In this document: positions 16,101 through 24,400 of the stretch, piece after piece
How the letters are laid out: each line of letters starts with the position of its first letter
Position numbering within the stretch: position 1 is the first letter of the stretch
Virus record (IMG/VR): IMGVR_UViG_3300032218_002933
Coordinates: 1 to 24,401 of that record
Strand: one strand, 5' to 3'
Length of the DNA: 24,401 nucleotides
Source: a virus
Lineage: Duplodnaviria; Caudoviricetes
Position numbers and translations under genes: made by a program
The notes under the pieces: generated by a model
The model's input: the letters and a program-made list of their open reading frames with translations, nothing else
Told to the model about the DNA's origin: nothing
Databases searched by the model: none

Positions 16101-16214
16101 ACTCCAATCAACTATAATAAACTCCTCAATTTGTTTATAATTTAACCATGAATTTAAAGAAACTTTCAAGGCTTCATTACGATTTTTGCAAGCACATATT
16201 AAAGAAATACTCAT
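13164..16214 (-). CDS. Multidomain glycosyltransferase: GT2/GT7C + GT25-like + GT25-like + TPR
   Basis: N-terminal CACKNR, IIVDWSS, KVDCD, GYNE..YEDDE. Two copies of ISxD...RR...SH.K.IK.W...FFCEDDLSLETVQYWNFTW...WS..AY...RDYA. C-terminal TPR-like helices (ALSYFLRS, PNRPEAYFLLARF). Confidence 0.8.
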   Translation of the reverse strand: MSISLICACKNRNEALKVSLNSWLNYKQIEEFIIVDWSSDESLENLTCLDSRIKIIRVEDQKYFNQPQPLNLAISQTKGDYIIKVDCDYVLSPYYCFFDKYKIDDNSFVSGKPSYKSPEFYDEATGSYLVDRSKMTMDEFSDYHNTYSSYYKFLTGLLYISKENLLKVNGYNENLSEHYSYEDDEIYKRLELLGLEHKKLDYDYHIFHIPHQDTKRFENFKSFSEEPNLRDDLVNLLSTKYSGEELQWQVDYVLTLKHNERNAQKSGEIKNYYDDTHTNWMIHKKSNNYYLAKIVDDTITDRLKNFPPVHFISVDHSEERRKNLYEKFKIFHIENITPHIFKKYSDDDHIIISNYLEDNGDYRLSQGSRGPVTSHLKAIKEWLNNTNDEYAFFCEDDLSLETVQYWNFTWEEFVDTLPSKWDCIQLCVIQGVEFNIEFKNRCWGDWSACAYLIKRDYAQKLIDTYHFDDNFYLDSKCHDMQHRPDWALVPVVETVLFSLTNRVYTFPLFVEDTSFKSSYQIENNTSDLDYDHHMSYNSVINWWKEMGFNLSANKILTNRIKLLDFPSVNYISLDESVERRESLRSQFFYSGVEKFREVLSRRFKYCDDKVYGEQLHILDDGTIGCVVSHIKMIKKWYEETDEDYGFFCEDDLSLETVQYWNFTWNDFIELLPEDAECVQLCCIKTNYDEIKLRERSMYDWSVTAYILTRDYARKVIERYCDGDSYRLEIPGTNFYPMPENVLFYGMGKVYAINLFVEDQNLTSTFYGHTELENENKEYHQETYQYVIDWWKNNDKLKLSEIVSDFIPTQLVIEESQNKIDIPRVKTELETILTEYSLDPENPQNNFNVGLWYEKEGHTAPALSYFLRSSERFEDENMIYESLIKCHHCYDKQGTRDGTAISLLQQALCLMPNRPEAYFLLARFHEKRHQWSDCYKYSSLGLSICDFSSEKTSTNVEYPGKCGLLFEKALSGWYWGKVEESKNIFLDISNDPDLPQDIYNIVVENLKNFDIHIEKKI
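14223..15041. repeat. 57-nt direct repeat (14223-14279 and 14985-15041) in the duplicated GT25-like domains
   Basis: 54/57 identical, all 3 differences synonymous; offset 762 nt (254 codons). Confidence 0.9.
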
Positions 16215-17053
16215 TTTATAAATTCTCCATTTTCATAACAGTTTGGTGAAGTTTTTGCATTAGGATTTTCACATAAGGCATGTTCATTTTCATATTTTAT
16301 ATAAAGATCAGTATGTCCAGGGACCAATAATGTTCCACCTTCTGGTCCAACCCACCATCTTGTAGAATCTCCATAAGTTCTTACTGTAAATTGAACTCTT
16401 TCAAATTGTTTTATTTTTTTAGAATATCCAATTCTTCCAAAATATTTGATGTAACATCTTTCAATATTAAGAAGTTCAAAATTATGTCCAAAATCTTCAA
16501 TTATATCATTACTATTAACATAATTATTAACTATTCCTAAAACACTATCAATATCCGAAGATGGGAAAATGTGATGCCTATCTGTTATTCCACCATAACC
16601 TTCTCCAAAAGGAATCCAAAAATGAGAATTATCTAAAATAGGATGTTGCCTATAATAAAAGTAATCCGATCTTGTAATTATTATACGATCATATTCTAAA
16701 AGTACATTCTTTTTATTTTTTAATATCCAATCTCTAATAGCAAAAGTAATTGCACTAGAACCTATAGAATGATATAATCCAGAAAATCCATTATTTCCGA
16801 CCATAGAAAAAACTTTTTTCCAAATACCATCTTCTCCAAAATTTTCAACATAATAATCTGCCCACTCAGTATACTCTGGCAATTCCCAAACATACTTTGA
16901 TCTAGTATATAAAGATTCTGTTTTATTCTCTTTATATCCAAAACAAATTGCAAGATCTGCATTATATGGAACTAATAAATTCTCATACATGCTATGCCAA
17001 GTTTTTTCTCCTCCCCTAGCATTACCAATCAATATAACTAATGTTTTTTCCAT
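16211..17053 (-). CDS. Putative glycosyltransferase-like protein (R-x-D family)
   Basis: LVILIGNARG, YDRIIITRSD, IPFGEGYGGITDRH, ERC; same motif pattern as 20391-21092; lies in the glycan cluster. Confidence 0.55.
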   Translation of the reverse strand: MEKTLVILIGNARGGEKTWHSMYENLLVPYNADLAICFGYKENKTESLYTRSKYVWELPEYTEWADYYVENFGEDGIWKKVFSMVGNNGFSGLYHSIGSSAITFAIRDWILKNKKNVLLEYDRIIITRSDYFYYRQHPILDNSHFWIPFGEGYGGITDRHHIFPSSDIDSVLGIVNNYVNSNDIIEDFGHNFELLNIERCYIKYFGRIGYSKKIKQFERVQFTVRTYGDSTRWWVGPEGGTLLVPGHTDLYIKYENEHALCENPNAKTSPNCYENGEFIK

Positions 17054-17505
17054 AAAAAATCTTTATAATAAATTACTTTGTCTGTACAAATACCGTATAC
17101 TTGATTTATATATTCATCAGAACAATATGCATTTTCTGGCATAACTAAAACAGAATTTGAATAGGGTTTTTTACCTGGATAAACCCATCCTATGCCTTTA
17201 CTGGTAATTGTATAGGAATCAGTTTCGTGCCAAAAGTAATTAAATTCTACCACAGAATTTGACATTTTTTCAAGTGCTTCTAAATTCTTGCAATGAATCC
17301 AAAGCACATCTTTATATTTCACCAACCAACTCATAGGTACATAATACTGTGGTTCATCATGCCCCAGATAAAAATTATGATCTTCATGTCTTATATCTAC
17401 TTCAACATCAAATCCTTCGGCAATTGCTTCTTCAATATACTCAATACTATTTTCTTTGATTGGATTTGGTCCCGTTAGATTTCCTCGATGTGCAATTAAT
17501 CTCAT
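17038..17505 (-). CDS. Small GDPD/PLC-like phosphodiesterase
   Basis: IAHRGN, EN, GFDVEVD, LGHD, WIHCKN, GICTD. Confidence 0.85.
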   Translation of the reverse strand: MRLIAHRGNLTGPNPIKENSIEYIEEAIAEGFDVEVDIRHEDHNFYLGHDEPQYYVPMSWLVKYKDVLWIHCKNLEALEKMSNSVVEFNYFWHETDSYTITSKGIGWVYPGKKPYSNSVLVMPENAYCSDEYINQVYGICTDKVIYYKDFLWKKH

Positions 17506-18872
17506 CCTTTATAATGCTCCAAGAAATAATTTAAATCTTCTGGAGTTCCAATTCCCCACATTCGCTCAATTTCTTTCACTCTGATTTTTTTATCATCAGC
17601 AATTGCTTCATTAAATACTGGGCAAACATAGAACTCACCATTTGTTCTAATGTTCTTTTCAATCATTTGTTCTGCATACTTGACGTAATCAGATCCCTTC
17701 TTCCAGAAGTAAATTCCAACGGTTGCATTATTGCTAATTGGTTTTTTCTCCGCAACTTCAGAAACAAAACCATCAGAACCAATTTTTGCATAAGACCATT
17801 TTGGATGGGTTGCTTCAAAAGTGACTATACCACCATCAACTCCATCGGCGTTAAAAGCATACAAGCACTCATTACTATTCCACTCCACAAATTGGTCAGA
17901 ATTTGCCATCACAAGAGGGGCATCATTATCGATAAACTCTTTGGCAAGAAGAGTTGTGCAAGCAGCACCTTCAGTTAATCCATCAACTTGAACGATATTA
18001 CAATTAGGTGCAATAAGGTTTAAAAGATACTGTAGACTATACTTTTCATAATGTTCTTTTTGAACAATAAAAGTATAATTTGCTTCTATGTTTAGGTTTT
18101 CAACTACAACCTGAATCATCGGTTTACCATCAACCTCAATTAATGGTTTAGGAAATGTGTACCCAGCATTCGCAAAGCGACTACCAGCACCTGCCATAGG
18201 AATAAGAACATTCATTTTATCAGACTTCCAAGGTACAATCGTAAGTTTTTTAGATGCAAATATTTCAAATAGTTTATTAATTTTATCTTGATTTAAATCA
18301 AACCTATTTTCAATTGCAATAAGAGTTGCTCCACTATCTAAGGCACCTTGCCTTCCAATATGACTGTCTTCAAAGATTACAGTATCTTTTGGAAGAGCAT
18401 TACATACAGTCATACATTTCCAATACATTTCAGGAAATGGTTTGTTTCTTACAACATCTTCATTACTTACATAATAATCAACAAACTCCAAAAGACCCAA
18501 CTTAAGAAGAACAAGTTTAACAGTATTCCTAATACTGTTAGAAGCAACTGCTACTTGGTATCCTCTTTGCTTTAGTTGCTGGAAATAATACATCAATTCA
18601 TAATCATGTTCCAATTCGGAAAAAATTTCAAGAGTTGCTTTCTGTTTATCTTCCCAAATTTGTTGATGTTTTTCTACAGAAAGACCTTTCTTTTCTGTAA
18701 GCATAGAAAGTTTTCTTGAAGTAGGAAGTCCATCATAAAGACTTAAATGTTCTTGAATATTAATTACATATTCATGCCCAACATTTCTTAATGCTGCATT
18801 TAATGCCTCATAGTGCATATCTCGACTATCAATTAATACACCATCGAGATCAAATATTACTAATTTATTCAC
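17502..18872 (-). CDS. Bifunctional HAD phosphatase + sugar-phosphate nucleotidyltransferase
   Basis: N-domain FDLDGVL, ASNS, KPFPE, FEDSHIG. C-domain LIPMAGAGSRF..PKPLI, TEGAACT, NSDQ, AEKKPIS, NGEFYV, GIGTPEDL. Confidence 0.9.
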   Translation of the reverse strand: MNKLVIFDLDGVLIDSRDMHYEALNAALRNVGHEYVINIQEHLSLYDGLPTSRKLSMLTEKKGLSVEKHQQIWEDKQKATLEIFSELEHDYELMYYFQQLKQRGYQVAVASNSIRNTVKLVLLKLGLLEFVDYYVSNEDVVRNKPFPEMYWKCMTVCNALPKDTVIFEDSHIGRQGALDSGATLIAIENRFDLNQDKINKLFEIFASKKLTIVPWKSDKMNVLIPMAGAGSRFANAGYTFPKPLIEVDGKPMIQVVVENLNIEANYTFIVQKEHYEKYSLQYLLNLIAPNCNIVQVDGLTEGAACTTLLAKEFIDNDAPLVMANSDQFVEWNSNECLYAFNADGVDGGIVTFEATHPKWSYAKIGSDGFVSEVAEKKPISNNATVGIYFWKKGSDYVKYAEQMIEKNIRTNGEFYVCPVFNEAIADDKKIRVKEIERMWGIGTPEDLNYFLEHYKG

Positions 18873-19474
18873 TTTCTTTTAAACTCAATATTTACTTCGT
18901 TTTGTTGAATATCGTTAGAATGAACATCAGTAATAATAAAATTATTTTCTTCAAGAAATTTTGTAACTGAATCTACACTATTATCTACAGATTTATATAA
19001 AGGATTTTGATTTGCAGCTTCAACAACACCCTCTTGAAGAATAGAAATATATTTTCCAAATGATTTTAATACTGTTAAATCATTTCCCTGAGTATCACAA
19101 TGCATATAATCAATTCTTTCAATATTATTATTTTTGATAAAAGTATCCATTCTTCTTACTAAGACTTTTATTTTCTCAGTAACTTTAAAATCTGTTCTTC
19201 CTGGCCATGTTTTATCAAGATCATCTTCAAAATCATGTATAGAACTACATCCCCAATCAGATTGCCCAGCAATATTAAATGTAGTTTCACCATCAAAATC
19301 TGATATAGCGTATGGAATTACTATGTAATTTTCCTTTTGTTTAGGGTAAAGGCATTCTTTCAATAATCTTGGAGTAGGTTCAAATGCATAAACTATGGTA
19401 GAAGGATCTTGTGAATAATGATGACAACTATTTCCATCATTCGCACCAACATCAAATACTATTCTTTTAAACAT
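18869..19474 (-). CDS. FkbM-family SAM-dependent methyltransferase
   Basis: VFDVGANDG, YAFEP, AISD, IDYMHCDTQGND. Confidence 0.85.
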   Translation of the reverse strand: MFKRIVFDVGANDGNSCHHYSQDPSTIVYAFEPTPRLLKECLYPKQKENYIVIPYAISDFDGETTFNIAGQSDWGCSSIHDFEDDLDKTWPGRTDFKVTEKIKVLVRRMDTFIKNNNIERIDYMHCDTQGNDLTVLKSFGKYISILQEGVVEAANQNPLYKSVDNSVDSVTKFLEENNFIITDVHSNDIQQNEVNIEFKRK

Positions 19475-19503
19475 GTATGTAAAATTAAATCATAATTTAT
19501 ATA

Positions 19504-20394
19504 TTATAGCAGATTTTGAACTAATTTTTTCGTGGTCAAATTTTCTTTAGTATAATTTATTAAATACTCAATAAATTGATCATAGTAAAAATGCACTTTT
19601 TCAGTTAAAGAATATTTGTTTATTTCCAGTATAATAGATTTTGGAAAATTGACCATGATATGAGGAGGACATTCTTCCAAATTTTCAAAAGCAGGTATAC
19701 ATCTATTTGCTAAAATTTCATAATGCCTCATACAATCCCAACCCATTTTTTTGCATGTGTATCCATAATAAGATTTAGCATACTCTTGATAATATAATTT
19801 TTCATCAGTAAAAGTATATAATCTTGGATCACAACCAGCGTTAGAAATAGGTCTATTTATTTTTGGAGAAAAAATATATTCTTTTTTTATTTTTCCAAAA
19901 GTATCAATTTGAGACTCTGGAATTGCAAAAGATATTGGATTTCCATAATATAAATCAGTCAGTTCTCTTTTCCATATTATACCATACTCATTTAAACCAT
20001 AATCATGTCCAAAGTTTTTAATGTCATCAGATCCATCTAAAAAATAAACTTTATTTTTGGGATAGAACTCTTTAACACAATCCAAATAATCTAAACATTG
20101 CCTATTCGGAAACCAATCGTGCGTATAGATGCATCCGTAAATAATCAAATCATAAAATTTTGACTTTATTTTGTCGATTATATCTTCAGAAGATTCTACT
20201 CTAGGTTGATGATTTAATTTTGCAAATATAGTAAATCCATTTCCATATAATTGCTGTGGATTTTCATAAGAAGAATGCATATAATTTGGATGAGATGTTT
20301 CATAAACTTCCAATCCACTATCAACCAATCCATGATAAACACAATCTGCAAGATATTCTGGATTGTTAAAATTATATACAAATAATATTTTCAT
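19504..20394 (-). CDS. Putative GT-B-type glycosyltransferase
   Basis: YLAD..YHGL, YG.GFT, FLDGSD, WKREL, PISFAIPE, KKMGWDCMRHYEILANRCIP; start MKILF at 20394 gives an ATGA overlap. Confidence 0.6.
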   Translation of the reverse strand: MKILFVYNFNNPEYLADCVYHGLVDSGLEVYETSHPNYMHSSYENPQQLYGNGFTIFAKLNHQPRVESSEDIIDKIKSKFYDLIIYGCIYTHDWFPNRQCLDYLDCVKEFYPKNKVYFLDGSDDIKNFGHDYGLNEYGIIWKRELTDLYYGNPISFAIPESQIDTFGKIKKEYIFSPKINRPISNAGCDPRLYTFTDEKLYYQEYAKSYYGYTCKKMGWDCMRHYEILANRCIPAFENLEECPPHIMVNFPKSIILEINKYSLTEKVHFYYDQFIEYLINYTKENLTTKKLVQNLL

Positions 20395-21092
20395 CGTTGA
20401 TCCCAAGAAAGTCTTGATGATGATATTAAAATTTTGAAATCAAATCTAGAAATTTGAACATTCCTAATTTTTAAATATTCTCCCAACATGCTTTCTGCAT
20501 GATATGGAACATGCTTAATCATAGAAAAAGAATTATATAAATCACAATAGATATCCATACTTTCAGAAGACCCTATTGCAAATTGATCATTAAGTCCCCC
20601 ACACCAATCATTACCAGAAGGGATGGATAAATCTCCCAAAATAGTTTTTAAATCAAGATTTTTATTTTCAAAATCACTATCAAAACGAATTCTTATGACT
20701 TTATCAAACTTCATCTTATTTGAAAGTTCATATTTTCTTTTCAAATAATTACTTTGATAAATTGAATAAAACATACTTATGATTCCCAAATCTGTTCTAG
20801 GTGGGGAATCATGAAGTTTAAAACTAAAAAAATCATACATTTTTTGGAAATGTATTTTTTTAGTTTTATAGTTTTCCACTAATAAAGTTTCAAAATTAAA
20901 CTTTTCAAGAAGTTCAAAATTAGACCCCCTATTAACATCTAAATTGGAATTTACATAATTTTTTTCATTTGCTAAATTTATCCACGTATGACCAAAAACT
21001 TTTATATTATCATTTGGTAATATCAATTTTAAACTTTCTAATCCATTATCAGGAGTTCTTGATGTTCCAGAAAAACAAACAGCTACCTTCAT
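20391..21092 (-). CDS. Putative glycosyltransferase-like protein (R-x-D family)
   Basis: MKVAVCFSG..R, HTW, SMFYSI, FDKVIRIRFD, GLNDQFAIG, HAE. Confidence 0.6.
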   Translation of the reverse strand: MKVAVCFSGTSRTPDNGLESLKLILPNDNIKVFGHTWINLANEKNYVNSNLDVNRGSNFELLEKFNFETLLVENYKTKKIHFQKMYDFFSFKLHDSPPRTDLGIISMFYSIYQSNYLKRKYELSNKMKFDKVIRIRFDSDFENKNLDLKTILGDLSIPSGNDWCGGLNDQFAIGSSESMDIYCDLYNSFSMIKHVPYHAESMLGEYLKIRNVQISRFDFKILISSSRLSWDQR

Positions 21093-22081
21093 GCTTTAAA
21101 AATATAATCCTGAACAAAAGACTTAGAAACTTTTAATAAGTATGCAGCATTATCTTGGAATCCAAATGTAATTAAATAATCATCACCATACTCACACATA
21201 CCAACAGCAAATTCTATCTCTCCATTTAAGAAAGAAAATCTTTCCGAAACTTTTACAATATTCCAATCATCATCCCATACGATAAATCTATGACGATAAG
21301 TTCCATCTTTTCTACCAATTGGACTTTGGAATAAAAATGTTTCATGATTTAAACAAAATCTATATTCACCTAGTTTAAGAACTTGAGATCCACCACGAAG
21401 ATCAATACATCCCAAATCTTTCCAGTCAGTAACAGTTACTCTCTCTGTAGTGTTTGTTTCAATATCATACTTAACAACTTCAGTCCCATTAGTCCACTTA
21501 ACAAAGTGAAATGGAAGATCTAAAATTGGCATCCAATTCTTTTCACAATAAGAAGTTTCATCACCAAGATCAATTCCAGGAACAGGAATACGATATTGTT
21601 TTAATTCTTTAACTCCATCATCAGTTATTTCTATTTCAGATAACTCCATCCTACCCTGCCCATTATGAGTAGTATCTCTTCTTACACCACAAACATAAAG
21701 TTTTCCATCCCATCGAACGATACGGCAATCTTCAAGACCTACAAATTCCCAAAGTTCTTTATCTGGAAATTGTGAAGTATCAATATGATGATATTTTTCA
21801 ATCGTTAAATCATCATTCATTTTGCACATGATATTCCATGTGCGAAGACGTACATCATTTTCTGGATGAATGTAAACTAAAGGACCCCAATGGTGTTCAA
21901 ATTTTTTCTTTTCAGAATGATAAAGCGTATAGTTAATATTTCTTAAATTAACAAGAATTTTACCATTATCATTATAAATGGAAGGATTGGTTAAAGACGG
22001 TCCTTTCAAAGATGTTGAAGGAATAATAAGGGGATGAATAGATCCACCATTTTCAATAGCAAGTTTAACAAAGTTAGTCAT
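21089..22081 (-). CDS. Five-bladed beta-propeller glycoside hydrolase/phosphorylase-like protein (GH130/GH43/GT108-like)
   Basis: NPSI, GLEDCRI, EKNWMP, LRGGSQ, YRHRF, IEFAVG, ITFGFQD. Confidence 0.7.
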   Translation of the reverse strand: MTNFVKLAIENGGSIHPLIIPSTSLKGPSLTNPSIYNDNGKILVNLRNINYTLYHSEKKKFEHHWGPLVYIHPENDVRLRTWNIMCKMNDDLTIEKYHHIDTSQFPDKELWEFVGLEDCRIVRWDGKLYVCGVRRDTTHNGQGRMELSEIEITDDGVKELKQYRIPVPGIDLGDETSYCEKNWMPILDLPFHFVKWTNGTEVVKYDIETNTTERVTVTDWKDLGCIDLRGGSQVLKLGEYRFCLNHETFLFQSPIGRKDGTYRHRFIVWDDDWNIVKVSERFSFLNGEIEFAVGMCEYGDDYLITFGFQDNAAYLLKVSKSFVQDYIFKA

Positions 22082-22117
22082 GAAAGTTTATTCTAAAAGA
22101 TTATTTTTAAAGGAAGT

Positions 22118-22342
22118 TTATTCAGGAACTGATGCTTCAGGGACTACAGGAACTGATTCTTCAGAACCTGGTGGTTCATAAACTGGAGTTGTGATTGTAA
22201 TTTCAATTTGGTGATCTGGGCCATATTCTTTCAAAAGATCTGTAGCTTGCTCCATAGTATAACCAGTATCATTTGCAGGATCTGCAGTCAGGTAATAAAC
22301 ATGCATCACAGGCATGGTTAAAGTTTCAGTTTTCGTTGCCAT
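22118..22342 (-). CDS. 74-aa acidic hypothetical protein
   Basis: Start MATKT at 22342 avoids overlap with the upstream gene; a TAAATA late-promoter-like motif lies about 30 nt upstream. Confidence 0.55.
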   Translation of the reverse strand: MATKTETLTMPVMHVYYLTADPANDTGYTMEQATDLLKEYGPDHQIEITITTPVYEPPGSEESVPVVPEASVPE

Positions 22343-22361
22343 TTGAATTTTACTTAAACTC

Positions 22362-23078
22362 TTACTGTATATATTTAAAATGTTTTGGGTTACTTTTGTT
22401 GAAGCACAAATAGTTGTCAAGATTATCGACTGGATATTTTACATAACCAAGATCTAAAAGTATTTGAGATGCTGATTTACTAATAGGAATATACGAATCA
22501 TTCATGTCTTCTGTTGTCGGAACTCTTTCCAGTTCCAAAAATAAAACTGGTTTATACTTTTCAATAAGTCTAATAGCACCATCAAGAATATAAGGTTCAA
22601 AACCTTCTGTATCTATTTTAACATAATCTACATTCTGAAAATCATAATCATCCAATCTTGATATTTTAATTTCTTCTCCACCCTTTCCAACTTGTAAAGA
22701 TCCAAGATTGAAAGGTAAAGAATGATTGATTGGAATACTCATGTTTGGTCCATGAGAGCAATATTTACTCATAAAAGATTTACATCTTTTATTTCCCAAA
22801 GCATTATTGAAAGTTTTTATATTTGTTATATTGTTATCTTCTATGTTTTTACATAGAATATCATACATAACCTTCTGCGGTTCAAATGCAAATATACTTG
22901 CACTCGAATTTATTTTACTGTAAATTATACTATGAGATCCACAATGGGCACCAATATCAATAATAACTTTAGATTCTTTTACAATATCGTAAAGACATCT
23001 CTCAATAACTTCTTCTTCATGAATTTCATTTCTAAACAAAGCACCCGAAAAATAAAGATCATTCTTCAGATAACTCAT
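22362..23078 (-). CDS. FkbM-family SAM-dependent methyltransferase
   Basis: IIDIGAHCG, FAFEPQ, NNALG, N.GSL, VDYVKIDTEGFE, KPVLFLE. Confidence 0.9.
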   Translation of the reverse strand: MSYLKNDLYFSGALFRNEIHEEEVIERCLYDIVKESKVIIDIGAHCGSHSIIYSKINSSASIFAFEPQKVMYDILCKNIEDNNITNIKTFNNALGNKRCKSFMSKYCSHGPNMSIPINHSLPFNLGSLQVGKGGEEIKISRLDDYDFQNVDYVKIDTEGFEPYILDGAIRLIEKYKPVLFLELERVPTTEDMNDSYIPISKSASQILLDLGYVKYPVDNLDNYLCFNKSNPKHFKYIQ

Positions 23079-23119
23079 TATACCATACTTAGTGGTATTT
23101 GTTATTATCTCATAAGCGT

Positions 23120-24400
23120 TTACTTTTTTTTTAGAAAATTATAATCACTCAAATCCTTTCTCCAAAGTTCTTTGGAGAAGTTAGACCATTCCTTTACTCT
23201 TGTTTCCCAACTGTAATACTTATTAATGACTTCAACCTGAATAGTATTGTCAAACTTACCTTCTCGATATTCTGTAATTGTTTGTTTAAGTTCTCTTGCA
23301 AAACGTTCAACATGTTTTTGACGATCAGGAATATATCCATAAAGACGAGCAAATCCTAAAGAAGTTTCGGGAAGTGCGGCAAGATTACTTGAAACTACAG
23401 AACATCCAGCAGCAAGTGCTTCAATCAAACAAATACAAGATGTTTCCTGGAAATAAGAAGGATATGCAAAGATATGAGTCTTCATTAGTTGCTCACGAAT
23501 CTTAGAGTTATTTGTTCTTGTATGACGAACAACTCTGCTGTCAGCATTTGCAAGTGCTAAACAATAACGAAGAAACTGTTCTTCTTCTGGAACAACATGA
23601 GAATATTCATAACTCTGCAATCCTTGAGTGTATTGTTTCTTTCTTTCATCAGGATCTAATTCATGAAAAACATGAAGATCAAAGTCTTCTTCAGGAATAA
23701 GTTTAATCGCATCAAGAAGAACATCCAGTCCACGAATTGGATTGGGATGGAACATCAGTTGAAGTTTTCCTTCTGGTTTCTTGTGCGGTTCAAATGGATG
23801 AATGGCATTCTTAAGAACAAAACATTTTTCCATAGGAAGATTAAACTTCTCACCAAATCTTTCGTACTGCCAATCAGAAACAAAAACATACGCCTTGAAA
23901 TGTTTTTGGAACTGCTTATCCATCAACTGCTCAAGACCAACCTCATTATGATGAGGATGCAACCAAACAATATTAGAGTTATCTGGTGCAATCACATTAT
24001 CACCAGGAATTACACACCAATGCCAATCAGCAAGATCTGGTGCAGCAGGAAGAACTAAATCTTGCCAGGCACGACCCATAATCTCTGTGCCACCAGTTCC
24101 ATCAGGATTTAATGATGCCTCAAGAAGTGGTGGCATATTGTTGTGAAGAAACTCTGGTTTTGTTACAACTTCTGGTTCTGGCATGTTATAGTATTCTTTT
24201 GGGAATGTTTTAATTATAGCATCTTTTAAATCTTCTGGAAAGTATGAAAAATCATATTTGATAAAATGTTTATTTTCATGCTTACGATCTAGAAGATCAG
24301 TTCCAGTTTTAATTGCTTCAAGAATGTGCTGTTCGTTTTTAATTTCATCTTTATTGAACTCTTGATGAGCATAAGATTCTATTTTTGTTTTGATTTGTTC
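23120..24400 (-). CDS. GT17-like + GT4 (GT-B) fusion glycosyltransferase; 5' end lies outside the window
   Basis: The frame stays open upstream of the Met at 24184: EQIKTKIESYAHQEFNKDEIK...DLLDR...YFPEDL..., typical of a GT17 C-terminus. GT4 part: GGTE, FVSDWQ, RGLDVLL, YPSYFQETSCICLIEALAAG, ALPET. Confidence 0.8.
   Translation of the reverse strand, partial: EQIKTKIESYAHQEFNKDEIKNEQHILEAIKTGTDLLDRKHENKHFIKYDFSYFPEDLKDAIIKTFPKEYYNMPEPEVVTKPEFLHNNMPPLLEASLNPDGTGGTEIMGRAWQDLVLPAAPDLADWHWCVIPGDNVIAPDNSNIVWLHPHHNEVGLEQLMDKQFQKHFKAYVFVSDWQYERFGEKFNLPMEKCFVLKNAIHPFEPHKKPEGKLQLMFHPNPIRGLDVLLDAIKLIPEEDFDLHVFHELDPDERKKQYTQGLQSYEYSHVVPEEEQFLRYCLALANADSRVVRHTRTNNSKIREQLMKTHIFAYPSYFQETSCICLIEALAAGCSVVSSNLAALPETSLGFARLYGYIPDRQKHVERFARELKQTITEYREGKFDNTIQVEVINKYYSWETRVKEWSNFSKELWRKDLSDYNFLKKK

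Noticed and set aside
23079-23119. Small inverted repeat ATACCA...TGGTAT with TATAAT just before the FkbM ATG
   Set aside because: The stem is weak and the -10-like hexamer overlaps the start codon; not supportable as a promoter or terminator
5239-24058. Other short nested or antisense ORFs (5239, 5294, 5729, 8105, 9321, 10352, 12504, 13154, 15267, 16762, 17293, 17667, 18348, 19134, 22932, 23296, 23512, 23663)
   Set aside because: All overlap well-supported genes and have the composition of off-frame translations
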